Positions 20,415 to 30,373 of a stretch of DNA of 64,000 bases are shown here, one piece after another (within the stretch, counting starts at the first letter, position 1; each line of letters opens with the position of its first letter). The DNA is from a virus (Duplodnaviria > Caudoviricetes). The stretch lies in the IMG/VR virus record IMGVR_UViG_3300011008_000999. One strand, given 5' to 3'. Made by a program: the position numbers and the translations under genes. Under the pieces are notes generated by a model. The model searched no databases and had not been told where the DNA came from. It saw nothing but the letters and a program-made list of their open reading frames with translations.

Positions 20415-22268
20415 TTAACTCCTTATGAAATATTGATCTAATCCATTAATAAAATGAAGTACATTATTAAATAAAGGCAATCCATTTACTACTGTAAATT
20501 CTGGTATTGAAATGATTAGATTATCTTCTGCTCTAGTCATTGCTACATACCAACATCTAAGTTCTTCTTCCTCATCATCTATATCATACTCAACACAGTC
20601 AAGTAAAATAGTGGTAGGCCATTCAAGACCTTTAGCACTATGGATTGTTGTAATTACTACTCCGCCTTCATCATCTTTGTCTTTGACTGAATCTAACGCA
20701 ATATCATCAAGGAAGTCTCTTACATTCTTATAACTAGCTGACATGCTCTTAAGAATTTCATATATTTCCTGATCTCTTTTGATCTTTTCAAGTGCATCGA
20801 ATTTAGCACTGCTAGACATCTTAGTAGAATTTTCTATCTTAGCAGTTCTTAATCCAAAGTAGTAATCAGAAATTTTATCAAGTAACTTAGGAACATCATC
20901 AGTCATAGTTTTATAATCTTCGACTTTAGATACAAGTTCATTAAGATCATTACTGAACTTTCTTGTCTTAAACTTATCCCAGAATCTTTCTTCACTACAT
21001 ACATCTGAAATATCTGTAGCAGCTTTAGCTCCTATTCCAGGAATCATTTTAAGTACATTGAACCAACTAAACTTATCTACTTTCTTATTAGTAAGTGATA
21101 AGAATGATAACATATCATCAACTACAGCATATTCAGTAAACTTAAGACCACCACGCTTGATAAATGGAATACCTGCTTTTGCAAGTTCATTTTCAAGTTT
21201 GAATGATGACATAGATTTACGTTCAATAATAGCAATATCACTTAAATCTTGTCTATGATTCATATTAAGATCTTTAATCTTTTCAATGATCCATTCAGCC
21301 TGCGCTCTATCATCATGATGATACTTAATAGAAGGCTTATTACCATGTTTGTCATTTGCCTTCATATTAGTATATGTCCAAGATCTTACATAATTATTCA
21401 TCATTGCATTAACTGCATCAAGAATTTCTTGTGTAGATCTAAAGTTTGTACTAAGTGTAAATGTATCGCAATCAGGAAATGAATCTATAAAATTTTGAAT
21501 GTTCTGTACTCGAGCACCTCTAAATTTATAGATAGACTGTGAAAAATCACCTACAACTACAATATTTGAATTATATTTACTTAACTTCAGAAGCATTCTT
21601 AACTGAAGATCATTAGTGTCCTGAAACTCATCTACCATAAAGAACTCATAAGTCTTTGCAATCTTTTCACAAATTTCGTCATTATTAAGTAGATCGTTCA
21701 TATAAACTAACATATCATCAAAGCTAAGTTTCTGCTGTTCCATACCAGCTTTCTTAACTTCTGAATATAACTGTCTAATCTCATTAGCATATTCTGAATA
21801 CTTTGTATTATAGATACACTGTTCCACTGTTGCATCAGTATTAGTGATTCTTGAAAAGATCGAACCTAATTTAGTTGCACTAGGGAAATTTTTAAGTGAT
21901 TCATAATATTCATTAGTACTCTTAACATACTCAATAAATGTATTGTACTTAGAACCAGTAAGTATCTCAAATCCAGGCATAATACCAATAGAACGACCAT
22001 ATCTTCTAAGCATAAGACCACAGAATTTATGATATGTAGAAGCATAAACCTCTTTACACTTTTCATTTACTTTAGCTGCACGATATTTCATTTCTTCAGC
22101 CGCAGCATTAGTAAATGTGAGCATAACAATTTTGCTTGGTTCAGTAATATTAGCAAGTATTTGGATTCTACCTATAAGAGTAGAAGTCTTTCCACTACCT
22201 GCACCAGATAATACTGCTGCTGGACCATAGATATGATTTACTACTGCCATTTGCTCTTCATTTAACAA
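20415..22268 (-). CDS. UvrD/PcrA superfamily 1 helicase
   Basis: GAGSGKT, VDEFQD, VGDFSQSIYKFRGA, NFRS, TIHSAKGLEW, YVAMTRA. Confidence 0.92.
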   Translation of the reverse strand: MLNEEQMAVVNHIYGPAAVLSGAGSGKTSTLIGRIQILANITEPSKIVMLTFTNAAAEEMKYRAAKVNEKCKEVYASTYHKFCGLMLRRYGRSIGIMPGFEILTGSKYNTFIEYVKSTNEYYESLKNFPSATKLGSIFSRITNTDATVEQCIYNTKYSEYANEIRQLYSEVKKAGMEQQKLSFDDMLVYMNDLLNNDEICEKIAKTYEFFMVDEFQDTNDLQLRMLLKLSKYNSNIVVVGDFSQSIYKFRGARVQNIQNFIDSFPDCDTFTLSTNFRSTQEILDAVNAMMNNYVRSWTYTNMKANDKHGNKPSIKYHHDDRAQAEWIIEKIKDLNMNHRQDLSDIAIIERKSMSSFKLENELAKAGIPFIKRGGLKFTEYAVVDDMLSFLSLTNKKVDKFSWFNVLKMIPGIGAKAATDISDVCSEERFWDKFKTRKFSNDLNELVSKVEDYKTMTDDVPKLLDKISDYYFGLRTAKIENSTKMSSSAKFDALEKIKRDQEIYEILKSMSASYKNVRDFLDDIALDSVKDKDDEGGVVITTIHSAKGLEWPTTILLDCVEYDIDDEEEELRCWYVAMTRAEDNLIISIPEFTVVNGLPLFNNVLHFINGLDQYFIRS

Positions 22269-22280
22269 ACCACTGTCCTC

Positions 22281-22781
22281 CTAAAACAAATCTTCAAAGC
22301 TGAGTCCATTCTCTTCAAAAGCTTGTCTAACTTTATTCTCTGATCTACGGATAATCCAACGAACTCCTTCTCTTGATAACTTAAATTCTTTTGAAAGAGT
22401 TTCTAATGTCTTACGGTATGTAAAAATTCCATAATAACTAGTAAGTAGATCAAATTCTCTATCAGTAAGAAATTCTTTAATATAGTCAATTAACTTATCT
22501 GGATCATAAGTTCTTATAACTCCGAAAGTGACTTCATCAAACTCAACTTTATTATCATCATGTGTTGTTGAAATATTTTTTAACTTTCTATTTAATGACT
22601 CATATAAGTTCTTTTTAAGGTTCTTGTTTTTACAATGTTCTTTGTTACTTAAGTAGTTAAGCATCGCCATTTGACCATCAGAAAGTAACTCATCCTCATC
22701 ATGCTCTTCATTGGCATATTTCTTTACCAAATTCATAAGGCTCGGCATGAACTCCTCTATAAACTTTTCGTCGAACGTCAT
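22281..22781 (-). CDS. small sigma70-like factor (regions 2 and 4)
   Basis: DEDELLSDG; LTDRE..YYG..TLETLSKEFKLSREGVRWI. Confidence 0.65.
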   Translation of the reverse strand: MTFDEKFIEEFMPSLMNLVKKYANEEHDEDELLSDGQMAMLNYLSNKEHCKNKNLKKNLYESLNRKLKNISTTHDDNKVEFDEVTFGVIRTYDPDKLIDYIKEFLTDREFDLLTSYYGIFTYRKTLETLSKEFKLSREGVRWIIRRSENKVRQAFEENGLSFEDLF

Positions 22782-22803
22782 TATACTAATTTCCTTTCTA
22801 TTA

Positions 22804-22840
22804 TATTATAACACAGATTTCTCTTAATGTAAATAGTTTT
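22804..22840 (-). promoter_or_regulatory. class A promoter
   Basis: CTATTTACA-17 nt-TATAAT. Confidence 0.75.
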
Positions 22841-22847
22841 ATATTAC

Positions 22848-22885
22848 AAAAGGACTGGCGTCCCTGTAAGTGATGGACGCCAGTA
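22848..22885 (-). terminator. intrinsic terminator
   Basis: ACTGGCGTCC/GGACGCCAGT stem plus U-tract. Confidence 0.75.
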
Positions 22886-22916
22886 AGGAAAAGAGAAAAG
22901 TGAAAAAGATAATTTA

Positions 22917-23930
22917 TTATGAAAGTCTGTTTCCAGACATTTCAACAAGTTTATCATATACAAAATTCATAGACTGAATAATCTGTGGATGAGGTGCACC
23001 AGTAGTACCATGCTTTCTAAGATTAAGTATATGCTGCCACTCGATTTCATTTGCAGTTATAATAATCTCAGTCTTTACACTTGTAGGAAGTACATCTCTT
23101 GCAAGCTGAGGTTTAACACCAAGCATAAGAAGTTTGAAATAATCATACTCAGCTTTCTCACATGCATCTTTCCAGGTTGCATATTCTTCAGTACCATCTA
23201 CAAAATCTGCAGGACAAATTACAGTAATCTCATTACCAAACTTATCCTTAGAATAGTTACAATATCTAGTACTTTCCTGAGCAAAAGATGCAAGTCTATG
23301 ACGTACAAACTCATGTGTAATACCTCTATCACATATTACCTTAACAGTATGTACATAATGTCTTGAGATAAGTTTATTAGCACTTTCAGTATCTGCACCA
23401 AACATAGCTTTAGCTACTTCAATAAACTTTTCTCTAGTAAGAACCATTACCTTATTCTGATCTTCTGTGTAGTCTTTAACTTCTCCAATATCATCAAAAA
23501 CTTCAGGATATTCTGCTGCAAGTTTCTTATGAATGAATTTAGATAAATAGCTACAACTACGCATGAATGATTCATTATAGATAGCTATAAAAGCTCTAAA
23601 AGAACCAGAAATAATAAAATGTGCACCACAGTCTGTAATATTGATGAAATTCTTAAGAGGGAAATTAGTTCCGTCTATATCAATATCATTATTAACTACT
23701 GCCTGTACAAAAGGTACTGCAACATCATTAGCAACCATAAGAATAATATGTGAGTGCTCAAGCATTGCAGTATGTCCAGAATTTTTAAGTCCTTTTACAA
23801 ATTTTACTGCACTATCATCAGTAATGTTGTTCTCAGACTTATAGCAAGTACGACCTGCCATTTCCATAAACTGATAAGGTGACATACCTGTAGGATCAAG
23901 ATATGTCGTTGAGGGTTCAATAATTCTCAT
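22917..23930 (-). CDS. thyX: FAD-dependent thymidylate synthase
   Basis: AGRTCYKS, GHTAMLEH, HEFVRHRLASFAQESTRY, ARDVLP. Confidence 0.93.
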   Translation of the reverse strand: MRIIEPSTTYLDPTGMSPYQFMEMAGRTCYKSENNITDDSAVKFVKGLKNSGHTAMLEHSHIILMVANDVAVPFVQAVVNNDIDIDGTNFPLKNFINITDCGAHFIISGSFRAFIAIYNESFMRSCSYLSKFIHKKLAAEYPEVFDDIGEVKDYTEDQNKVMVLTREKFIEVAKAMFGADTESANKLISRHYVHTVKVICDRGITHEFVRHRLASFAQESTRYCNYSKDKFGNEITVICPADFVDGTEEYATWKDACEKAEYDYFKLLMLGVKPQLARDVLPTSVKTEIIITANEIEWQHILNLRKHGTTGAPHPQIIQSMNFVYDKLVEMSGNRLS

Positions 23931-23960
23931 TTTGTAATTTCCTTTCTTATATTTATATAA

Positions 23961-24320
23961 TTATGATAGAGCTTTCTTTACTGCTTCTACAACTCTATCT
24001 GCTTGAAATGGTTTAACAATAAAATCTTTTGCTCCAGCTTGTATACAATCTATTACCATAGCTTGTTGTCCCATAGCAGAGCACATTATACACTTAGCTG
24101 AACTATCAAAAGCTTTTATGTTTTTTAGTGCTGTGATGCCATCTACATCTGGCATAGTGATGTCAAGAGTAACTAAATCTGGTTTAAGTTCTTGATATTT
24201 ATCAAATGCTTCATTACCGTCTTTGGCTTCTCCAATAACGTCAAATCCATTTTTAGTTAAAATATCCTTGAGCATCATTCGCATAAATGCTGCATCATCT
24301 ACGATTAGTATTTTAGACAT
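23961..24320 (-). CDS. cheY: CheY-type single-domain response regulator
   Basis: KILIVDDAAFMRMM, LDITMP, SAMGQ, DFIVKPF (Firmicutes CheY pattern). Confidence 0.88.
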   Translation of the reverse strand: MSKILIVDDAAFMRMMLKDILTKNGFDVIGEAKDGNEAFDKYQELKPDLVTLDITMPDVDGITALKNIKAFDSSAKCIMCSAMGQQAMVIDCIQAGAKDFIVKPFQADRVVEAVKKALS

Positions 24321-24331
24321 AATTAACCTCA

Positions 24332-24778
24332 TTATTTATTTGTTGTTTCTATATCAACAGCTTCTTCATTTTTAATTAAAAACTTTGGAATCCTATTTGG
24401 ATTTTTCTCATAAAATTCTTTTCTTACTTGATTACAATTAGCATATCCTTTACTATTAAATATATCATCAATATATTGTACAACTTCTTCAAAGGATAGC
24501 TTTTCAAAATACTCAGTATTAGGTATACGATTTCTATTGAAATGAGTATGACATGTAGTCTCAATAGAATATAAATAGGTCATAGGGCTAATAGCCACTC
24601 TAAGGATCTTATTACCTCCGTTATTACTACCGGATAGTGATCTAAACCTTTGAGCAGGATTAGTCGTACGACCTATTTTAATATTTCCTTGTGGATAATT
24701 CTGAAGTACATATATGTACAATTGATTCTCATCTGCAATAGTTTCTCGTATATCTGAAAGATTCATATATACATTCAT
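24332..24778 (-). CDS. T5orf172/GIY-YIG-like nuclease domain protein
   Basis: YIYVL..IKIGRTTNPAQR..E..H..R..EYF. Confidence 0.7.
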   Translation of the reverse strand: MNVYMNLSDIRETIADENQLYIYVLQNYPQGNIKIGRTTNPAQRFRSLSGSNNGGNKILRVAISPMTYLYSIETTCHTHFNRNRIPNTEYFEKLSFEEVVQYIDDIFNSKGYANCNQVRKEFYEKNPNRIPKFLIKNEEAVDIETTNK

Positions 24779-24789
24779 TCTATTCTCCT

Positions 24790-25581
24790 TTAATGTACTA
24801 ATGTATCATACATCATGATAGGAGTATTTTCTTCCATACATCCAGTACCACCACAAATAAGTATACTGGTACTTGGAACTGTTTCATACAACTCGTCATT
24901 CTTATTTTGATCATTAAGATACCAGCCAATTGGGCTGACTTTTTGAGTATTTGGATTAATCGTAAGTCCCATAGGAACAATATTCCAGAACTTATCATCA
25001 TTAGGTGTAAATGAAGCTCTATTAGGAATAGGTTGTCTCTTTTTACACTCTACCATAATAACACCCTGGTCAATAAAGGTTTTAATGTAGTAATAAGAAT
25101 AGTGAATTGATTTATCTGACATTTCAGTAACAAATTCTTTCTTATCTACTTCCTTACCAGATCTATCATAGTTGATATAGATGTATCTACTATCATAAAA
25201 GATAATTGACGTACCTAAACGTTTTTCAGCAATTTCGTATACCCAATCATCAAAAGGTGCGCGTCTTAAGAATATTAACTTTACAATTATTCCAAATAGT
25301 AAGATTACTAGTGAAATTACTATTAGACCCATACAGAAATACATTCTGTATATTTTATTTGCAGTTAGCTTCATGAAAATCGGATTTCCAGTTTTAACTG
25401 CTACAATTGCTGCGACTATAGCAAGAACAGCAAAGACTAATCCAAAAATAGCTAAGAATCTACATATCTTAAATGTTTTATACGCAAACTGATGTTTAGG
25501 CTGTATACCTTTTAAGACTTGGACGTCATCATGAGAATCAGCAATACTATCATGTACTGCTTTTGCTTCTTGTTGAGCCAT
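24790..25581 (-). CDS. FtsK/SpoIIIE-like ATPase A, N-terminal half ending in a 16-aa IntN
   Basis: Two TM helices, VPMGL, then SILICGGTG (first half of Walker A) followed by CMEENTPIMMYDTLVH*. Confidence 0.88.
   Translation of the reverse strand: MAQQEAKAVHDSIADSHDDVQVLKGIQPKHQFAYKTFKICRFLAIFGLVFAVLAIVAAIVAVKTGNPIFMKLTANKIYRMYFCMGLIVISLVILLFGIIVKLIFLRRAPFDDWVYEIAEKRLGTSIIFYDSRYIYINYDRSGKEVDKKEFVTEMSDKSIHYSYYYIKTFIDQGVIMVECKKRQPIPNRASFTPNDDKFWNIVPMGLTINPNTQKVSPIGWYLNDQNKNDELYETVPSTSILICGGTGCMEENTPIMMYDTLVH
24793..24840 (-). other. split intein A, N-terminal piece (IntN, 16 aa)
   Basis: Cys1 block A pattern CxxxxTPIMMYD. Confidence 0.85.
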
Positions 25582-25612
25582 TTTTATTTTTCACTTCCTT
25601 TCATTCAAAATT

Positions 25613-25978
25613 TTAATACACTTCATCGACGATGTGAAATACTTCACCATCTATCGTTTTAATACTAACTCGAACTGTAGTTTTTGTTGATTCTTCAAAA
25701 GACTTAACAAATCGATTGAGTACATTTCCATATACTGTACCAAATTTCTTTGGATCTGTAGTAGGATAACATTTACCTTTCAGTCTGTTACAATACTGAT
25801 CAAATCTTTTATACCAATCAGTAGGTAGTTTTTCTACCTCTACTACATCATCTTCAAGATCATCAATACATTCTTTGGCATCAGATTCATCAGCAGCAGA
25901 CATAATGTAGTTACCACTTCTATCTCTAATTATACATCCATCTTCAGTTATCTGGATCTCATAACCATTGTACTGCAT
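25613..25978 (-). CDS. hypothetical protein
   Basis: ORF with RBS. Confidence 0.65.
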   Translation of the reverse strand: MQYNGYEIQITEDGCIIRDRSGNYIMSAADESDAKECIDDLEDDVVEVEKLPTDWYKRFDQYCNRLKGKCYPTTDPKKFGTVYGNVLNRFVKSFEESTKTTVRVSIKTIDGEVFHIVDEVY

Positions 25979-25992
25979 TTGTCTACTCCTTT

Positions 25993-26343
25993 CTATAGTT
26001 CGCCTTCATATAGTCCTGCTTCTTTCAATTTGTTTAACATTTCCCATTGTGCATGTGTCAAAGGTTTATCATTTGGTTTAATAATATTATCACTCCAAAT
26101 AGATACACATCCAGACATATTACATAGCCATGTAACGAAGTCGAAGTAGTAGTCCTCTGGACACATATCAGCTAACTCCGACCTCGAAACATGTAATTGA
26201 TCACAACATATAGCAATCAGTTTTTCCTGATGTGATGGTACGGCATATTCCACTGTGCCATCTGGGAACATAACTACTTCCAAATAGTGCACATAGTGTT
26301 GCTTATGCTGTTCAATATCAAATTTAGAATATAAATCGTACAT
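25993..26343 (-). CDS. conserved hypothetical protein
   Basis: YLEVV..DGTVEYAVPSHQEKL motif. Confidence 0.65.
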   Translation of the reverse strand: MYDLYSKFDIEQHKQHYVHYLEVVMFPDGTVEYAVPSHQEKLIAICCDQLHVSRSELADMCPEDYYFDFVTWLCNMSGCVSIWSDNIIKPNDKPLTHAQWEMLNKLKEAGLYEGEL

Positions 26344-26425
26344 ACTCTACCTTTCAATAAAAATGGAGCAATTGGAATTTTTATTTTTACAATTGCTCCT
26401 TTTTATTAGTATAATTAAATAGTTC

Positions 26426-28924
26426 TTAATTTTTTGGCTTAATATTGAGCTTAATCGTAGGTTTTTGTACAGTGGCATCTTCATCAGGAATTGCTTCGAT
26501 CTGAAGTTCTACAACATTACTTGCCTTTTCAGTAGCATTAGTAATTGCATTACTAAATGCGTCTGTAACTACCTGCTGGAATTTTTCTTCCTGAGTAATA
26601 TGAGTAGGAGGAACGATCTCAGTAGGGAATACTAAGTCTTCCTTATCAATAAGGAACTTCTTAGATTCATCTCCATTGAAGTTAGCAATATGCTGTTTTA
26701 CCGAGTTATTAAAGATACTCTGTACATCTCTAATTTTACATATCCAATTACCAAGATATGTCCATACTTCATTTCTTGCCTCATCAGTTGTATTAAATCC
26801 TTTGTTAAATACAAGAGAATCAAAAATCTGAAGAAGCTGTGAATTATCGTAAGTAGGGAACTCATATACCATAGTAAAGAGATTCTTCATAGCATCAATT
26901 CCAGGAGATGCATAATCACCAAGAACAATAGTAACATCAGTATTTTCCTGAATTGCTGTATTGATTGCTGAAAGTGCTTCACCAGAGAAGTTATCAGTAT
27001 TTTCAAATAACATATTATAGTTCTTAATATATAATACACCACCTGATGCATAAGAGATAATTGCTTGAGCTCTCTTAGCAGTATGTCCTACAAATGAACC
27101 TTTAAGAAGTTCTGCAGGAATTTCAAGGTATTTGTTTTCTGAGATGTAACCTAACTGATACAAATAACCAGTTAAGATTCTAGTAAGTGTGGACTTACCA
27201 CATCCTTCATCGCCAATAAACAATACTTTCTGATGTACTGTTTGATTATAGAACTCTTTCTGACTTCTAAGAATATCAATCTCTTTCTTAAATGAATCTA
27301 ATCCAACAAGATTTGCAAGATCTCCATCAGGATTCTCAGAACCTTCTTTCATGTGAGGTTTAAGTTCAGAAAGTCTAATAATTTGTTCGTCTAACTGATC
27401 TGCTGCTGAAGCGTTCTTTAATTCATGCTGAAGTACTTTCTTACGAGCATCTGCATAAAGCTGTACATCTTCAGCTATAATCAGATGATTGTTAGAATTA
27501 GTTTTAGTACATCTATCTGCATAGTTATCCATAATAGCATCTACTGCATTACGAACTGTACGAGCATTACCGAATGCTTTAGATTTCTTTTCAAGAGTAA
27601 ATGCAGATCTAAGAATAGGTTTTGCTTCATCACTTAACTGATAAGGGCCACCAGGATAACTTTTAATGAAGTAATTGAAAATATCGATCATTTCATCTTC
27701 ATTATAATCGTTAAAGTAGATAGTATGCTTTACACGAGAAGTAAAACCTTCATTAGTAGCAAACAATCTAGTCATCTGCTCTTCATAACCAGCTAAGATA
27801 CATACGAAATCTTTACGATGATCTTCCATTGCTTTAAGAAGAACACCAATTACTTCAAAACCTTTCTTTTCCATAAGATATGCTTCATCGATGAAGAGTA
27901 CTCCGCCGTAAGCATATTCTATAATTGCCATAGCTCTACTAGTATCACCTGCACAGAGGTAATCACCAGAGATTTCTATGTATTGATTGTTCTTAATATA
28001 ACCTAAATCATAAAGGATCTTAGTAACGATACGAGCAACGGTTGTTTTACCAGTACCAGCAGAACCAAGGAATGCTAAGTGACAACCATTATTTGACTCT
28101 TTTCCGTAGAACTTAATTCTATTCTTAAACTTCTCAATCTGATCTTTAACTGATTCAAGACCAATCATATCGTGAAGTTCTTTATCAGAATCTTTTGCAC
28201 CTTCGCAAATCTTAGTATCAATATCTGCAGGAAGAAAAGGACTTCTCTTCTTTGTAGGATTATTTGTATCTACAATAGTCTGAGTTCCATTATCTTCAAC
28301 TGAATCACCAAGATCAAGGAAAGGACACTCACAAGGAAGATCAAACATTACTGATGTATAAGGTGTAGTATGACCAGCTTGTCTAAGATACTCATCTGCA
28401 CACTGAAGAATAAGGTCTGTTCTAATATTAGGCTTTGTAAAGTAGACCATTGCAATAGTCTTCATCTTATCAGAAGCTCTATATGTCATAGGAACTGTTT
28501 GCATGAATCCAGAAAGATTCTTTTCCATTTTCTTAAGAGTAGACTTCTGTCCACTATATGTAAGAAACTTGAACAAAATTCCTAAAGCTATACATATTAC
28601 TAATGTAATAACTGCTGGAAGTATAGCACCTTTAGCACAATCAGCAAATTCCTTAATTCCAAGGTGGAAAAGGTTTTTAACAGTGAATATGATCCATGCT
28701 ACAAATGCAAATACGACAGAAACTCCTAAATTTACTGGAAGACCTCTAAGAGCTCCGCCAATAAATTTTTCTTTATTATAACAACCTGTCATAAAAGGAG
28801 TGTCATAATCTGGAATTATTTTTAGGTTTTTGTAGAAAGCGGTTAACTGCTTTTCGTATCTTTCAACGACTTTAGATTGTTCGTCTAAGGCAGTACACCA
28901 ATCCTTTAAACTTCTTATTTCCAT
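26426..28924 (-). CDS. membrane-anchored tandem AAA+ ATPase (SpoVK/CbxX/EccA-like)
   Basis: Two TMs. IGLESVK, GSAGTGKTTVAR, GGVLFIDEAY, ILAGY, FGNARTVRN. Second AAA domain is degenerate (GDEGCGKS). Confidence 0.85.
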   Translation of the reverse strand: MEIRSLKDWCTALDEQSKVVERYEKQLTAFYKNLKIIPDYDTPFMTGCYNKEKFIGGALRGLPVNLGVSVVFAFVAWIIFTVKNLFHLGIKEFADCAKGAILPAVITLVICIALGILFKFLTYSGQKSTLKKMEKNLSGFMQTVPMTYRASDKMKTIAMVYFTKPNIRTDLILQCADEYLRQAGHTTPYTSVMFDLPCECPFLDLGDSVEDNGTQTIVDTNNPTKKRSPFLPADIDTKICEGAKDSDKELHDMIGLESVKDQIEKFKNRIKFYGKESNNGCHLAFLGSAGTGKTTVARIVTKILYDLGYIKNNQYIEISGDYLCAGDTSRAMAIIEYAYGGVLFIDEAYLMEKKGFEVIGVLLKAMEDHRKDFVCILAGYEEQMTRLFATNEGFTSRVKHTIYFNDYNEDEMIDIFNYFIKSYPGGPYQLSDEAKPILRSAFTLEKKSKAFGNARTVRNAVDAIMDNYADRCTKTNSNNHLIIAEDVQLYADARKKVLQHELKNASAADQLDEQIIRLSELKPHMKEGSENPDGDLANLVGLDSFKKEIDILRSQKEFYNQTVHQKVLFIGDEGCGKSTLTRILTGYLYQLGYISENKYLEIPAELLKGSFVGHTAKRAQAIISYASGGVLYIKNYNMLFENTDNFSGEALSAINTAIQENTDVTIVLGDYASPGIDAMKNLFTMVYEFPTYDNSQLLQIFDSLVFNKGFNTTDEARNEVWTYLGNWICKIRDVQSIFNNSVKQHIANFNGDESKKFLIDKEDLVFPTEIVPPTHITQEEKFQQVVTDAFSNAITNATEKASNVVELQIEAIPDEDATVQKPTIKLNIKPKN

Positions 28925-28936
28925 AATTTGCCTCCA

Positions 28937-29527
28937 TTAAGTCTCGTATCTACCAGTATCTGTTGATATACAAAAACAAGGTAATTCACCAACGAGTTCT
29001 ATTTTATTTATAATCATTCCATTACAATAAAGTTCAGCATTATACTTACCCATAAGATAATCTATACCTTTACAAGTAAACCAATATGTATTTTCATCTA
29101 CTTTCTGCGGTTCGCTTTTAACAACAACCTGCTGTAAATATACTCGCTTAACTGTATCAAAATGAAAATCATAAATTTCTGTTTCATCATTTGTTATAAT
29201 AGGATCAACCTGTACATCAATAGGTTCATTATAACAAAACTTTTCAACTATTGCTTTTTCTTCTAGAGTAAGTTCTTCTTCACTAGTTATTTCATAACTT
29301 TCTTCAAGTGGTACAAATGTACAAAACTTATCAAGTTCATCTTTTGCTTCTCTAGGAAGTTTACTTACGTCTATAAGTAATACATGATTATAAGCACATG
29401 TAAATTCTTCATTTCTATTATATGTAATCTTGCAGCAAAGTTCAGGATGCGTTCTATGTATCTGAGTTACTCTACTGCCGTCTTTCATGATGTCACCAAC
29501 TTTGACATCTTGCCATTTCTTTATCAT
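28937..29527 (-). CDS. stand-alone middle piece (IntM) of a second split intein (B)
   Basis: Starts at KKWQDVKVGD (block N2), block B FTCAYNHVL, block F LPCFCISTDTGRYET then stop. Lacks block A and the terminal block G. Confidence 0.75.
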   Translation of the reverse strand: MIKKWQDVKVGDIMKDGSRVTQIHRTHPELCCKITYNRNEEFTCAYNHVLLIDVSKLPREAKDELDKFCTFVPLEESYEITSEEELTLEEKAIVEKFCYNEPIDVQVDPIITNDETEIYDFHFDTVKRVYLQQVVVKSEPQKVDENTYWFTCKGIDYLMGKYNAELYCNGMIINKIELVGELPCFCISTDTGRYET

Positions 29528-29892
29528 AAATTCCCTCCAGTTATTGGCAAACTACCAAAGGAATCATATTTTTCAATGTACCTTGTTAGTTTTGTATATT
29601 GTTTATTTATTTCATTATATAAATAGTCTAAGAATATTTTTCTTGCTTTTTCATCGTCGCGCCCATATAAAAGAACATATTTACCATTAATTACTGTACC
29701 AATACTACTTTTAGGAATGACTTTACAGTGTTTTTCACCTCTAGTATATAGTCTGATATAATTACCTGCACCATACATAAACTGTCCGTAGTTAAATACA
29801 CCATTATCTTCAATTTTGTCTTCATACTGTTCTTTTACCACTTCAATAGTTTGTTTATCGAAATCGAAGTAATAATGGTAAATATCTTTCAT
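29524..29892 (-). CDS. hypothetical protein
   Basis: ORF with RBS. Confidence 0.65.
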   Translation of the reverse strand: MKDIYHYYFDFDKQTIEVVKEQYEDKIEDNGVFNYGQFMYGAGNYIRLYTRGEKHCKVIPKSSIGTVINGKYVLLYGRDDEKARKIFLDYLYNEINKQYTKLTRYIEKYDSFGSLPITGGNL

Positions 29893-29903
29893 CTTAGCAC
29901 CTC

Positions 29904-30362
29904 TTAGTGATGTTCCTTAAACCACTGAGCATCAGCTTTTAGATCTTCAGGTAATGCGTTTATATTATAATAAAGAACAAACGTATCACCATTATACATT
30001 GCTTTGAAATGAGTACTTTCATCAGTTCCCCAATAGATATGATTTTTCATAATCTCTTCAACTGTCATATCAAAGAAAAGATTTTCAAATTCGTATCTAG
30101 CATAATTAGCAATATCTATAAGTCTAGTCTTATATCCAGCTCCGCAATAGAAGAACCAATAATTTTCCATGTCTCCGCCACAAGGCTTAACATAATTCTT
30201 CTTAATACATTCTATTTCATTTTCCTTAAAAGTAATTTCTTCTCCATTATTTAAGTTAGATCCACTGTATGGTTCAGAAACTTGATCTTGAATAATTTCG
30301 ACTATGTAACCTGTGGTAAGATTTATTCTATCACCAGCTTCAATCATTATTTCATTATTCAT
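29904..30362 (-). CDS. hypothetical protein
   Basis: ORF with RBS. Confidence 0.65.
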   Translation of the reverse strand: MNNEIMIEAGDRINLTTGYIVEIIQDQVSEPYSGSNLNNGEEITFKENEIECIKKNYVKPCGGDMENYWFFYCGAGYKTRLIDIANYARYEFENLFFDMTVEEIMKNHIYWGTDESTHFKAMYNGDTFVLYYNINALPEDLKADAQWFKEHH

Positions 30363-30373
30363 AGTCAGCTCCT

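Noticed and set aside
24790-24840. RNA-level splicing joining the intein pieces
   Set aside because: No group I or II intron elements flank IntN or IntM. Each piece has its own start and stop and many unrelated genes lie between them.
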